Below are positions 33,561 through 44,310 of a stretch of DNA of 64,000 nucleotides, in pieces (the stretch's first letter is position 1; every line of letters starts with the position of its first letter). This stretch comes from an uncultured Planctomycetota bacterium. GTDB taxonomy: Bacteria > Planctomycetota > Planctomycetia > Isosphaerales > Isosphaeraceae. The DNA lies in NCBI GenBank assembly GCA_963845755.1, contig CAWJTV010000033.1:448001-512000 (forward strand), written 5' to 3'. The notes beneath the pieces were generated by a model, which was not told the origin of the DNA, ran no database searches, and saw only the letters and a list, made by a program, of their open reading frames with translations. The position numbers and the translations under genes were made by a program.

Positions 33561-33860
33561 ACTCGTTCCCACGCTCTGCGTGGGAATGCCGTCTTCGACG
33601 CCCCGCGTCGTCGCCGAAGGAAATCCTCCGAGAATCCTCGAGGCCGACGCGATGATGAGCCGGAAGTTGAGCGACATCCCCGCCAACCCGGTGGAACGGG
33701 CTCCGTTTGCGATCCGACCCCTGGGAGATCCTCCTGCGCCGGAACTCTGCCGAGAGGGGGTCATGGGTCTCGGTGACAAACGACGGGTCATTCGGAATCG
33801 AGGACGAAGACGACGCGGAGCGTCGAAGACGGCATTCCCACGCGGAACGTAGGAGCGAGT
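33561..33860. repeat. REP-like inverted repeat pair (~52-bp arms) with AT-rich flanks
   Basis: ACTCGTTCCCACGCTCTGCGTGGGAATGCCGTCTTCGACG... at 33561-33612 and its reverse complement at 33809-33860. A related single copy lies near 55907-55934. Confidence 0.8.
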
Positions 33861-34074
33861 GATTGGCATTTAGATTTATTGTAAATTTTGAATCTTCCAC
33901 TCTGAATCGATTTTTTCGCGGTCTCCGAGTGGAAAGTCGCGCGGCTCTTTCGACCGGGGTCCGATCGCGGTAACATCGGTTGCCCATGAGGTGAGCCCGT
34001 AGGACTCCGATTCGACGATCGCCCGACCGCCCGCGCGGCCGGCCGGGCGTTCTCTGGCCGCGCCCTTGTGATCC

Positions 34075-35190
34075 ATGATGACCGTCAACGATCTCGATCG
34101 CCCCGAGCGTCCGTTCGACCGCGTGATGCGGGTCTTCAGGGCCCCGGAATGGGGACAGGTCGCGGCCATCCTGGCCGTCCTCGTTCTCATTCACTTCCTC
34201 GACAAGGACCGCGCGTTCTTCCAGACGTACACGATCCAGACCCTGATCCATAACGTCTCGCGCTTCGGCGTCCTGGCGATCGGTGCGGCCCTGGTGATCA
34301 TCGCCGGGGGAATCGACCTGTCCACGGGCGCCGTCGTCTCATTGGCCTCGGTCGTCAGCGCCAAGCTCTTGACGGAGTGGCTGCGACGGGGAGCGACGGC
34401 CGGGCAGATCCCTTCCGCCGGCCTCATCGCGCTGGCCATCGGCCTCACCCTGTTGATGGGGCTGGCGATCGGCCTGTTGCACGCCTTCATGATCAACCAG
34501 CTCCGGCTTCCGCCGTTCATCGCGACGCTGGCGACGATGGCCGGTCTCCGCAGCCTGGCGACCGTCCTCGCCGAGAGCCGGACGATTACCGTGGACTTCG
34601 CGCCCGGGATCCTGAATCCCGCAACGCGGATCGCGGAGCGCGGCATCGATTGGTTTCGAATCTGGGGAAGTCACTTCTGGGTGACGCTCTCGATCTTCGC
34701 CGCGGTGACCGTGCTCCTGAGCATCCTCATGGGTTCGACGGTCCTGGGGCGTCACCTCTACGCCCTGGGGGGCAACGAGGCGGCGGCGCGGCTCAGCGGC
34801 CTGCGGACCACGCGGCTGAAGGCGGTCGCCTATGGGTTGTCCGGCACGCTGTCGGCCCTGGGCGGGATCCTGTTCGCGGGCATGAACGGGCAGGGCGACC
34901 CCCGTCTCGGCGTCAGCTATGAGCTCACGGCGATCACGGCCGCCGTCGTGGGGGGTTGCAGCCTCTCGGGGGGCGTTGGCTCGATCCGAGGCGCGGTGCT
35001 CGGGTTGTTGCTCACCCAGATCGTGATCAAGGGGACGGGGATCGTGGTGAAGGGGATCGACCCCACCCAGATCGAGGGCCTCGTCCTGGGCACGGTCGTT
35101 GTCGTGGCGGTCTCGTTCAATCAGGGGACCTTCCGCCGGATCCTCCAGCTTGTGCTCAAGGGCCTCCGAACCGGGAAACGATTCGGTTGA
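34075..35190 (+). CDS. Sugar ABC transporter permease (RbsC-like)
   Basis: GGIDLSTG, PPFIATL, GRHLYALGGNEAAARLSG and YELTAITAAVVGG. Confidence 0.93.
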   Translation: MMTVNDLDRPERPFDRVMRVFRAPEWGQVAAILAVLVLIHFLDKDRAFFQTYTIQTLIHNVSRFGVLAIGAALVIIAGGIDLSTGAVVSLASVVSAKLLTEWLRRGATAGQIPSAGLIALAIGLTLLMGLAIGLLHAFMINQLRLPPFIATLATMAGLRSLATVLAESRTITVDFAPGILNPATRIAERGIDWFRIWGSHFWVTLSIFAAVTVLLSILMGSTVLGRHLYALGGNEAAARLSGLRTTRLKAVAYGLSGTLSALGGILFAGMNGQGDPRLGVSYELTAITAAVVGGCSLSGGVGSIRGAVLGLLLTQIVIKGTGIVVKGIDPTQIEGLVLGTVVVVAVSFNQGTFRRILQLVLKGLRTGKRFG

Positions 35191-35270
35191 TTGGCATCGT
35201 GGGCGGGGACAGGACGAGTCGGCTCTCGCCCTGCGGATGCCCGTCCTTGTGACGTTTTCTTCGAGCGAAC

Positions 35271-36316
35271 GTGGCATCGGAACCGACGAAAACCGACATT
35301 CCCTCCCTCTGGCGGCGGCGGGCGATCCGGAGGATCCTCTTCGGATTGGCCGCGATCCAGGTGGTGACCCTCTACGGAATCCTGGGATATGTGGTGATCG
35401 GCTGGAACGTCTTCGATGCCTTCTATCAGGTCGTGATCCTCATCTCGGGCGTGGGATTGGGGGAAGTTGAGCCTCTGGACTCGACACTCGAGCGAATTCA
35501 TACGATCATCTTGATCGGTATGGGGATCAGCTCGGTCGCCTTCACTCTGGCCTCCCTGATCCAGTACATCGCCGAGAGCGATCTGGTCACTCATTTCGGT
35601 CGTCATCGCATGAAGAAACAGATCGAGATGCTCTCCGGCCACACGATCGTCGCGGGCTATGGCCGTGTGGGGGCCCTTGTCTGCACGGAGCTCGCCGCCG
35701 CCGAACAGCCTTTTGTGGTCGTCGAACTCGAACCGGGGACTGTCGAGGAGATCGAGTCGCATGGATTCTACTGCGTGACCGGTGATGCGACCGAGGAGAA
35801 GGTCTTGAACGAAGCGGGCATCGCGCGGGCCCGGGTCCTGATCAGCGCGATGCCTAACGATGCCGAGAACGTCTTCATCACCCTGACGGGTCGTCAGATC
35901 TGCCCAAACCTGCTGATCATCGCGCGGGCCGAGCAGCCCAGTACTGTGAAGAAGTTGAAGCATGCCGGGGCGAATCACGTCGTGATGCCCGCCGCGATCG
36001 GGCGCACCGGATCGTCTCCCTGGTGACCAACCCGGCCGCGGTCCAGTTCGCCGAGCTGGTCACTCAGCGCACCAGCCTGGCCATCGAGATGGACGAGATA
36101 CCGATCGAGGAAGGGTGCCTGCTCGCGGGCCGCAGCCTCCGCGACGCCGACATCAAGCGGCGCACCGGCGTGATCGTCGTGGCGATCAAGCGGGCCGACG
36201 GCCGGCTCGAATTCCCCCCGTCCGGAGACGAGATCCTGGAGGCCGGCGATAGCGTCGTCGTCCTGGGCCGCCGCGATAAGCTCGATCAGTTCCGGCAACA
36301 CTGCCTCAAGGCGTAG
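35271..36316 (+). CDS. Potassium channel protein with TrkA-N/TrkA-C (RCK) domains (frameshift near 36003)
   Basis: TM-pore-TM with a variant filter SGVGLGE, then GYGRVG, GDATEE and GVIVVAIKR. Confidence 0.88.
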
Positions 36317-36371
36317 TCCGAAACCGCGATCCGATCCGGCAACCGACCGGTTGACAGCCCAAACGCGAGGA

Positions 36372-36776
36372 TCAGCGCTTGGAGAACTGGAAGCTCTTGC
36401 GGGCCTTCTTGTGGCCGAACTTCTTGCGTTCGACCATGCGCGAGTCGCGAGTCAAGAACCCGCCGTCGCGGAGCGCGGAATCGAGGTCGGGGCGGAACTC
36501 CTTGAGCGCCCGGGCCAGGCCCAGCATTACGGCGCCGGACTGGCTGAGTTTGCCGCTACCTCGAACGTTCACGAAGACGTCGATGCGACTGGCCATGTCG
36601 GTCGAGGTGAGCGGGGCACGGACGTCCATCCGCTGGACTTCCAGCGGGAAATACACGGTCATCTCCAGGCCGTTGACGAGGAACTGGCCGGTCCCCTCGC
36701 GGATTCGGACTCGAGCGACGGCCGTCTTGCGCCGTCCCGTTCCCCAGGTATGTGGATCTTTTGCAGTTGCCGTCAT
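36372..36776 (-). CDS. rpsI: 30S ribosomal protein uS9
   Basis: GTGRRKTAVARV and LTRDSRMVERKKFG.KKARKSFQFSKR. Confidence 0.98.
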   Translation of the reverse strand: MTATAKDPHTWGTGRRKTAVARVRIREGTGQFLVNGLEMTVYFPLEVQRMDVRAPLTSTDMASRIDVFVNVRGSGKLSQSGAVMLGLARALKEFRPDLDSALRDGGFLTRDSRMVERKKFGHKKARKSFQFSKR

Positions 36777-36934
36777 GACCGCGTCTTTCCCTCGCTGATC
36801 GCACCCTCCCCTGCGGGCCGCCGCAAGGTCGGGTTGGAGTCAACTCGATCTGGATTGTGGAAGTCGTCGTGCGGTTGCGTGCGTCGGGCCAGCCGGCCTC
36901 GGCCGGCCAGCTCAAGTCGATGGTCGATCGGACA

Positions 36935-37604
36935 TCAGGATGCGCCGGCCTCCGGCTCGGCGCCGACCGTGGGCGGGGCCGGCAAGGACGGTTCGGCGGG
37001 CGGCGAGGGCAAGGCCCCCTCACGCGGCGGAGCTTCGAGCGCCGGCTCGGTGCGAGCCTCCATCGTGCTCACCGGGGGCACCGCACGCTTCGGCTCGGCT
37101 TTCGCGCGCCCTCCGTTCTCCGTCGGGGCCGGCGTCGTCACAAAAATGGCACCGGCGGGAGCCGGACGGCCGGAGATCGGCTCCAGCAAGACCGGCTGCT
37201 GGGCTTGATGCGGATGATCGGGCCCCACGTAAAGCATCAACTTGGCGAGCATGTGCCGGCCGATCTTGTTCTTCGGCATCATTCGCTGTATCGCCAGCTC
37301 CAGGATCCGCTCGGGCCGACGCTGGAACAATTTCCAGGCCGCCTCTTCCCGCTGCCCGCCCGGATAACCCGAGTACCGCTGATACGACTTCTGCCGCCAC
37401 TTCTGGCCGGTGAACACAACTTTATCGACATTGGTGACGATCACGTAGTCGCCGGTATCGATGTGGGGAGTATAAGTGGGTCGGTGTTTCCCCATCAAAA
37501 TCGGCGCGATCTGTGCAGCCAGCCGTCCGACGACCATCCCCTCGGCGTCGAACGACGTACCACTGCTTCGCCAATTGTCCGGCTTTGGCTTGATAACACT
37601 TCAT
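36935..37604 (-). CDS. rplM: 50S ribosomal protein uL13 with C-terminal extension (frameshift near 37550)
   Basis: QWYVV/DAEGMVVGRLA, GKHRPTYTPHIDTGDYVIV and HPHQAQQP. Confidence 0.96.
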
Positions 37605-37670
37605 GGAGCAATTTGCCTGGCTGTCAAAGTCAACAACATCCCCTCAGTCGCCGCTGGGACGAAAAATTCG

Positions 37671-37698
37671 ATCGTACCAGGAACCGCGCCCAAGTCAA
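37671..37698 (-). promoter_or_regulatory. Putative sigma70 promoter of rplM-rpsI
   Basis: TTGACT, 16-bp spacer, TACGAT on the minus strand. Confidence 0.55.
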
Positions 37699-37802
37699 GA
37701 TCGTTTCCATGAGCCAGCCCAATTGCCCGACTGTGACACAGGTTCCGTCCGCGGTCTTGATCGCGCCATGGGCGTTTCCGCCGGGGTTCGGGGGCGGAAT
37801 CC

Positions 37803-38186
37803 CTAAGGACCCGTCTCCGCGAAACCCTGATAAACCGCCTCTCCGCCCGGCAGCTCGACCAGGATGCTCTTCCTCCAATCCGGCTCCAACTCCACCAGGA
37901 ACGCCCACTTCGAGCAGCGCTCGCAAGTGCCCAGAAGGCGGGAGGGGTCGTTCTCATCCGGCTGGAGCAGGTTGAGGGGAATCTGGCAGTCCGGACAACA
38001 GAGCAACGTCGTGCCGGGGCTCACGGTGATCGTGCGAACGACGAATCCGATCGTCGCAGACGTTGGCCCTTTCGGGGCGGGCCTGGAGGATGCCAAGGCG
38101 ATCTCCTGCAGACTGGAGGCGTGCAAAGACGGCGGTAGGCTCTCTTGGCCTGGGGTTAGGAGGGCTGCATGATTCTCCACCGTCAT
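37803..38186 (-). CDS. Small hypothetical zinc-ribbon-like protein (start uncertain)
   Basis: CPDC...LLQPDENDPSRLLGTCERC. Confidence 0.6.
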   Translation of the reverse strand: MTVENHAALLTPGQESLPPSLHASSLQEIALASSRPAPKGPTSATIGFVVRTITVSPGTTLLCCPDCQIPLNLLQPDENDPSRLLGTCERCSKWAFLVELEPDWRKSILVELPGGEAVYQGFAETGP

Positions 38187-38525
38187 CGATTCAAGGTCTC
38201 GCAATCATAAGCTTCTTGACCAGTAAGGCAAGGCATTTTCCCAAAAACGGATATTGAATCGCGAACGGGACCTCGGCTATCGCCCGGATCCTGTCGCTCC
38301 GGAGAAGCAAGAACAGCGCGAATCAATAGGATGGAGAAGGTGAAGAAAGTTCAAGCAGCGTAGAGATCTAGGGCGACCGTCCGCGGATTCTGATCTTCAC
38401 AGAATGGATCGGTGACGTCACAATCGGCGGCCTTTCGGAATCGGGAAGGATCAATCGTCCGTAGTCGAGGGAATGACGTCGGGCTCGATCGGATGAGTCA
38501 TCGGCTCGCAGGGAGGGGATCGACC

Positions 38526-39533
38526 GTGAAAAATTGCAAACATGTCTTTGCCTTGTTTTTATTGGGGTACGGCCTGGTGAATTCCGGAGGGGTGGTCAGC
38601 GGCCAGACCGTGGAGCGGGACACGACCATCACCGGACCGCGTGGCCGAACGATTCAGCGGCAGGTCGAAGTCCAGCGGGGCCCGGGGACGATCGACCGCT
38701 CCATCCAGATCAAGCGTCCCGGCGGGACCTTTGATCGACAGGTCCAGATCCAGCGCTCGCCGGTGATGAGGCGTGGATTCGTCCCCGGCCCATGGCCGCG
38801 ACCCCCGTGGCTCGGCCCTCGGCCCCTGGTGATCGCGCAGCCGTCCCCGGCCCTCGGTTTTGGACTGTTGGCCGCCCCGATGATGAACTTCTCATTCGGA
38901 GGCGGAGGTGGTGGCTTTGGTGCCGGAGGTGGAATGGGCGGCATGGGCGGCCCGGGTGGCATAGGCGGCATGGGTGGCATGGGTGGACAGCCGGGGCCTA
39001 TGGCGCCACCGCCCGATCAGGTGGCCCTGATGTGCCACAGACTCCAGGGATTCGGGGTCGGCAGCCGCAAGGAAGCCGCCTACACGCTCGGGCAACTGGG
39101 GGATCCACGCGCCGTGCCCTCGCTCGTCCATGTACTGAAATATGACAATTTCAAGGACGTCCGGGTCGCCTCGGCGATCGCGCTGGGCGAGATCGGCGGC
39201 TCCGAGGCCGCGGTGGCCCTCGAGCGTGCCGCCGTCTACGACCATCGCGAGGACGTGAAGAAGGCGGCTTCGACGGCCCTCGAGCGGTTGAACGCCAAGG
39301 CCAAGGCTGCCGCCATGTTGCCGCAGCCCCCCGCGGCTCGGCCACCCGCCGCTCAGCCGACGCTCCCGCCCACCTCGACATATTCACCGTTCCGCGAGGT
39401 ACCCCCATCCAGCGGAGCGACCTCGGAAGCCGGCGATACCGCGCCGGAGTCGTCGCCGCCCGCCCGGGACCTCACGCCACCGCCTCCCCCGACGCCGATC
39501 ACGTCCGGCCCCGGTGCGGGCGGGAATCTCTGA
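38526..39533 (+). CDS. Exported HEAT-repeat protein with Gly/Met-rich and Pro-rich regions
   Basis: RKEAAYTLGQLGDPRAVPSL and VRVASAIALGEIG. GGAGG lies before GTG 38526. Confidence 0.8.
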   Translation: MKNCKHVFALFLLGYGLVNSGGVVSGQTVERDTTITGPRGRTIQRQVEVQRGPGTIDRSIQIKRPGGTFDRQVQIQRSPVMRRGFVPGPWPRPPWLGPRPLVIAQPSPALGFGLLAAPMMNFSFGGGGGGFGAGGGMGGMGGPGGIGGMGGMGGQPGPMAPPPDQVALMCHRLQGFGVGSRKEAAYTLGQLGDPRAVPSLVHVLKYDNFKDVRVASAIALGEIGGSEAAVALERAAVYDHREDVKKAASTALERLNAKAKAAAMLPQPPAARPPAAQPTLPPTSTYSPFREVPPSSGATSEAGDTAPESSPPARDLTPPPPPTPITSGPGAGGNL

Positions 39534-39781
39534 TCGCCCTGGTGTGCCGTTGTCCATTGTCAGGTGCTCGGTGAGCCGTGATCCTTCCCGGCGCGGGATT
39601 CGACGTTCACTCAGCACCCGACTCGACTGCGAGGATGCCATTCCGGCCGAGAGTTATCCTGATTCCGGGCCTGGACCGCGTCCGTGAGTCGTCGAGGCCG
39701 GATATCGGGGGGGTCGTGAAGTCTCGCGCGGGTTACGATCGCCCGACGGATGGCCTGGGTACCGGCCGACCATTCTTCACG

Positions 39782-40681
39782 CTACGACTCATTCGAGCCC
39801 ATCAATTCCTCCCACGTCGAGACACGAAGGATGGCGTGGAGAAGTTGATGGAGGCGGGCCTGATCGGCGATCGCGGCGATCCGGGCTTCGACCTGCTCAT
39901 CAGGAGGGCCGAATTTGTCGCGACCCAGGCCGAGCAATAGTGTGCGATCTTCTTCCACCCCGGCTTCGGCGCGGCCCTTGGCTTCGCCCTTGGAGAAGAT
40001 GTCCTGGTAGATGGAAGACGCCTCGAGCCCGCGGATTCCCAAGACCATCGTCGTGATCTCCTTCGTGAGCCGATAGACATCCTCTTTTGGATGATCCAAT
40101 CCCATTAAGATGAGCGTTGCCGACCACAACGTCGTCTTCAACTCGGGGCCGGCCTCGTCTCGTAATCGCTCCGCCACCGCCTTCAGGACCTCGGGCAACT
40201 GCTCGGACGTCACGTTCGATACCGGCGCCAGGGGCAGGACCGGCAGGCCCGCCTTCAGCAGGCGCTCCGGCGGTTCCCGCCAGACCCGTACGACATCATA
40301 ACAAAACCAGAGGTTCCGGCCATGTCCGGGAAACGTGGTCTCGAAGGTCCCGATCAGTTCGGGGCCGTCGGCCGCGGGGCGGAGCAGCACCAGCACGGTC
40401 CAGACGGGTATTCGGTGGCGGTGACGGACCAGCGTATGATACCAATGGGCCTGCTCCGGATACGCCAGATCGCGTCCGGAGAGGAACTCGGCGTGCAGGA
40501 TCAGCGGTTCCTTGCCCCCAACCCGTATGACCTTATCCGCCTCGGCGGTGACGGTCGCGAGGTTGGAATCGATCACCTGGACATCGCTGGGATCCGGTAC
40601 GGGAATACCGAGGAACTCCAGCCAGGCGGCCGGCTCCAATTGGAACAGCTCCCGCAGGGTCACGTCGTACGGCTTGGGCAT
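39782..40681 (-). CDS. Rpn/YhgA-like (recombination-promoting nuclease-like) protein
   Basis: KPYDVTLREL...PAAWL, EADKVIRV, LHAEF, YDVVRVW, SSIYQDI...GEAKG and LG..KFG. Confidence 0.7.
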   Translation of the reverse strand: MPKPYDVTLRELFQLEPAAWLEFLGIPVPDPSDVQVIDSNLATVTAEADKVIRVGGKEPLILHAEFLSGRDLAYPEQAHWYHTLVRHRHRIPVWTVLVLLRPAADGPELIGTFETTFPGHGRNLWFCYDVVRVWREPPERLLKAGLPVLPLAPVSNVTSEQLPEVLKAVAERLRDEAGPELKTTLWSATLILMGLDHPKEDVYRLTKEITTMVLGIRGLEASSIYQDIFSKGEAKGRAEAGVEEDRTLLLGLGRDKFGPPDEQVEARIAAIADQARLHQLLHAILRVSTWEELMGSNES

Positions 40682-40698
40682 GGATTCTCACCTTGCGG

Positions 40699-42501
40699 CT
40701 ACAGGGGAGAGGGCCGCGGGCCGGCGGCCTGGCGTGAAGGTCGGCGCAATGGGTTGTACGGCAGATTCTGTTGATACCCGGCGAGGCCGCGATAGTCGTG
40801 ACAGACCGCGATGTCCCATGCCCCCACGATGACGCCGCGCTCCCGGACCGTGATCCGTTCGATCGGCTCGATCCGGCCGATCACCCGCTTGTGGTAGAGG
40901 ATCGTGGCGTAATTGGGTGGCATGTTCGCGTCTTCGACCACCAGAAACGGCCGCCCCGCGAAGGCCGAAGGATCGTGGCGCGGGTTCGGGTGCCAGAGGT
41001 CATGCTGATTGACCGGGCGGGGCGTCATGCCGTAGTTCCAGCTCAGGCAATACGTCTCGGGCTGACCCGGCAGATAGAAGGACAGGGTTGAGGTGAGCGC
41101 ATAAGTCGGCGTCACGACGAATGGCCTGGCCCCCTGGCCTTCGAGGGTCTCCACGTGACGCTGAACGGCCTTCGCCAGCTCCTCGTGGCCGCGCATCCGC
41201 GCCGTCACGTCATACAAGCGCAGGGGTGCCCCGAATCGCTTCGTGGGAGCGGGCACCCAGCGAGCCACGATCGGGTAGAACCACTCGGTGTGATGGATGA
41301 CGGCGACCGCGGCGATGCAGAAGCCCCACGCCGCGACATAACCCCAGGCTTTCGCTCCACGATGGGCGAGCACTTCGCCGACCCGCCGACCCATCAGGAC
41401 CACCACCGCGACATAACCCGGCGCCATCCAGTTGGCCTCGGTCTCGCCCAGGATGCTGGCCGCCAGGCACGCGCACCAGATGACCCCCCAGAGGCAGAGG
41501 AGGTACAGCGTGCCGGCACGATTGGCGGTCGAAGCGTCATCCCGCTGCGAGTCGGCCGGAGTCGTTTGGTCGCTGGTCGACCAGACGTAGCGAACGGCCC
41601 CGACGATCGCCATCACCCCAATGACCCACCAGACTCCGCCCAGAACTCCCGCCTCCCCGCCGAGAAAGCTGAGCACCGGCCCGACGCCTCCCCAGGATGC
41701 CCGCTCGGAGAGTCCCACGCGATCGGCCAGTTGCGCGGCTCCGGCCCACCCGTGCTGGAGGTTCCAGATCAGAATCGGGGTCAGTCCCAGTCCGAGGGTC
41801 ATCGCGGACATGATCCAGAAGCCCGGCCGGCGCAGTTCACGGCGATGCGCCGGCGACAGCAGCAAGTACGCTCCGACCGATGCCGGCAACGCCAGGACGG
41901 AATACTTCGCCATGACTCCCAGGGCCGCCATCATTCCGGCGGCGACCCAGCCTCGAAGGTCATCGGTCCGGATCGCCCGGAACGCCCACACCGCGGCCCA
42001 GGTCCAGCAGCAGACCAGCGGGGTATCGGACGTGATCACCACGCCACCGATCGCGAAGACCGGGATCGCCGGTAGCAAGATCGCCGCGAACATCCCGGAC
42101 CGGCGCGAGGCCAGCGTCAACGACCCCAGGCGGAAGATCCCCCAGGCCGTCAACCCGCCCAGCAGGACCGCCGGCAGCCGGGCCGCGAACATCAGCGAGC
42201 CCGTCAGCTTCAGGCTCAACCCCCCGAACGCCGCGGTCGCCAGCCGGATCAGCCAGGCGATCAGCGGACCGCGGGAATAGTAGCTCCAATCCAGGTGCCG
42301 CGACCACGCCCAGTATTCTGCCTCGTCCCCCGAGAAATCCCAGTCGCAACCGACCAGCAAGAACAGGACCTGGCATGCCATCACGGCCAGGATCGCCGCG
42401 AGCGTCCACCGGCCGTAAACATCGGTGTCCTTGCCGTGGGACACGGCCGGCCGCTGGCGTCGGCTGACCGCGCTCGCCGCGCGTTCGGCTAACTGTGACA
42501 T
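40699..42501 (-). CDS. GT-C glycosyltransferase (ArnT/PMT-like, GT39/GT83)
   Basis: DEAEYWAWSRHLDWSYYSRGPLIAW, many TM helices and PILIWN..HGW. Confidence 0.88.
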   Translation of the reverse strand: MSQLAERAASAVSRRQRPAVSHGKDTDVYGRWTLAAILAVMACQVLFLLVGCDWDFSGDEAEYWAWSRHLDWSYYSRGPLIAWLIRLATAAFGGLSLKLTGSLMFAARLPAVLLGGLTAWGIFRLGSLTLASRRSGMFAAILLPAIPVFAIGGVVITSDTPLVCCWTWAAVWAFRAIRTDDLRGWVAAGMMAALGVMAKYSVLALPASVGAYLLLSPAHRRELRRPGFWIMSAMTLGLGLTPILIWNLQHGWAGAAQLADRVGLSERASWGGVGPVLSFLGGEAGVLGGVWWVIGVMAIVGAVRYVWSTSDQTTPADSQRDDASTANRAGTLYLLCLWGVIWCACLAASILGETEANWMAPGYVAVVVLMGRRVGEVLAHRGAKAWGYVAAWGFCIAAVAVIHHTEWFYPIVARWVPAPTKRFGAPLRLYDVTARMRGHEELAKAVQRHVETLEGQGARPFVVTPTYALTSTLSFYLPGQPETYCLSWNYGMTPRPVNQHDLWHPNPRHDPSAFAGRPFLVVEDANMPPNYATILYHKRVIGRIEPIERITVRERGVIVGAWDIAVCHDYRGLAGYQQNLPYNPLRRPSRQAAGPRPSPL

Positions 42502-42776
42502 GACTTTGCGATTCCCAAATCGCCTCGGTCAAGCAAGCAATAACCCAGCTTGACCAAGCTGACAGGTCCGATTGACTCCATCGTCGTGCGCAGGGATTGG
42601 CTGCGCGGAATGGTCGACAGAATCGTTATCGGCAGTCCGATTCGTCAACTCGAAAAAATCAGAGATTCATGGTTGGTTGGGAGCGGATGCAAGCAATCGG
42701 CGATGGTAACCTGGACGGAGTCGTGCCTCCCGGATCGTGTCGTCCGCCTTAGCTTCTGGGTCAGGAGCATCGTTCC

Positions 42777-44309
42777 ATGAAATCGCCGCAGTCGACTCTC
42801 ACATTCGCCGCAGGCTGGCTTCTCGTGCCATTGCTGACGATCGGCTCCCCGCCGGCGCAACCGCCTCCCGACAATCGTCCACCAGCCCATGCCGAGGACA
42901 GGGCCCGCAACCAGGACCTCCTCCAGATCGTCGCGGAGACGCTCAAGACACTCGACGAATCAGACAACAAGCCCTTCTACTATTCCCGGACATTGGGATA
43001 CATCGCGGAAGCCCAAGTGAAGCTCGGAGACCGGGAGGCGGCCAAGGCAACCTTGCGTCGGGCGGCCCGGTTAGCGGCCGCGGCGAACCAGGCGGCGGAC
43101 GACAACTCCCGGGGACTCCCGAGGGCGTATCAACTCTGGGAAGTCGGCCACTCCCAGTTGCAACTGGGCGACAAGGAAGCGGCGATGGAGACCCTACGCC
43201 TCGCGCTCAAGGCCAGGGATGAGCAGAATTCGAACTATTTCCGGGTCATGACGCTGGCCCGGATCGCCAGGGAGTTCACGGGGCTGGGCGCCCACGATGA
43301 AGCGCTCAAGGCCGTCAGCTTGGCGGACATCCACCATGCGGCCGGAGGAGGTAGGGACGACGAGATCGTCGTGCCGGAGGTCGCCGCAGCCCATGCCGCC
43401 GCCGGCGACATTGATGGTGCCTTCGGGGTCCTGGATCGTGTCGTAGCCGGTGCGCAACCTCTCCAGGTCAAGCAGTTCGTCATCGGCCGTGCCCTCGGCA
43501 AGATTGCCGAGGCCGTCGAGATGGCCGATCGGGCGACGATCCGAGCCGCTCTGGATCGGGTACGGCGTCGGCTCGATACGATGCCGGATTCCGGATTGAA
43601 GGACACGGCCCTGATCGAGATTCCCCTCGCTCTGGCCAGGATCGGAGACTTTGAAGAAGCGATGCAGGCCGCCAGCCTCAACCCTGGACCCCACCGTGCG
43701 GTCGCCGCCATGCTCCGGATCGCTGGCGTCCAGAACCAAGCCGGAGATCGGGAAGGGGCTCGCAAGACCTTGCACGAGGCGTACGAGACAGCCAAGAGGG
43801 CCCGTGAACCGTTCCGGAGTGAAAGTCGATTGGACTACATCGCATCAGGAATGATCGATTCGGGTGATCTTGACGGGGCCTGGCGATGCGTCGATGACCT
43901 GAAGCCCGGCGAGCGCTCTGAGACCCTGGCCAAGATCGCAGTGTCACAAAGGAAACGGGGTGATCAGGAGGCGGCTGACAAGACATTCCGTCGCGCCTTG
44001 CTGGATGCCCGCTCCCGTCACGGAGTCCAGCCCCGGTCGGACGAGATCCCGAAGGCGATCGCCAAGGTCCAGGCGATGATGGGCGACTACGACGCCGCAC
44101 GCAAGGCAACTGATGGGATCTCGGACCCGATTTCGCGCGCCACAACGCTCGCGGAGATCGCGCGCGCCCAGGCCGCGGCCGGCGATGCCCGAGGCGCCCT
44201 CGAATGGTGCCGGAAACACGAGCTTCCGCCCAAGACCCAGAACCCCTTGGAGAGTGTTATCCAGGGCATCGGCGATTTCGCCGACGCCCTGGCCAAGGGG
44301 GCGCCTTGA
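42777..44309 (+). CDS. Secreted TPR-like helical repeat protein
   Basis: Signal peptide and repeated IA..Q...GD...A...L..A units. Confidence 0.75.
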   Translation: MKSPQSTLTFAAGWLLVPLLTIGSPPAQPPPDNRPPAHAEDRARNQDLLQIVAETLKTLDESDNKPFYYSRTLGYIAEAQVKLGDREAAKATLRRAARLAAAANQAADDNSRGLPRAYQLWEVGHSQLQLGDKEAAMETLRLALKARDEQNSNYFRVMTLARIAREFTGLGAHDEALKAVSLADIHHAAGGGRDDEIVVPEVAAAHAAAGDIDGAFGVLDRVVAGAQPLQVKQFVIGRALGKIAEAVEMADRATIRAALDRVRRRLDTMPDSGLKDTALIEIPLALARIGDFEEAMQAASLNPGPHRAVAAMLRIAGVQNQAGDREGARKTLHEAYETAKRAREPFRSESRLDYIASGMIDSGDLDGAWRCVDDLKPGERSETLAKIAVSQRKRGDQEAADKTFRRALLDARSRHGVQPRSDEIPKAIAKVQAMMGDYDAARKATDGISDPISRATTLAEIARAQAAAGDARGALEWCRKHELPPKTQNPLESVIQGIGDFADALAKGAP

Positions 44310-44310
44310 C

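Noticed and set aside
39782..40681. Rpn-like gene as an IS element
   Set aside because: No terminal repeats or target duplication were seen around it.
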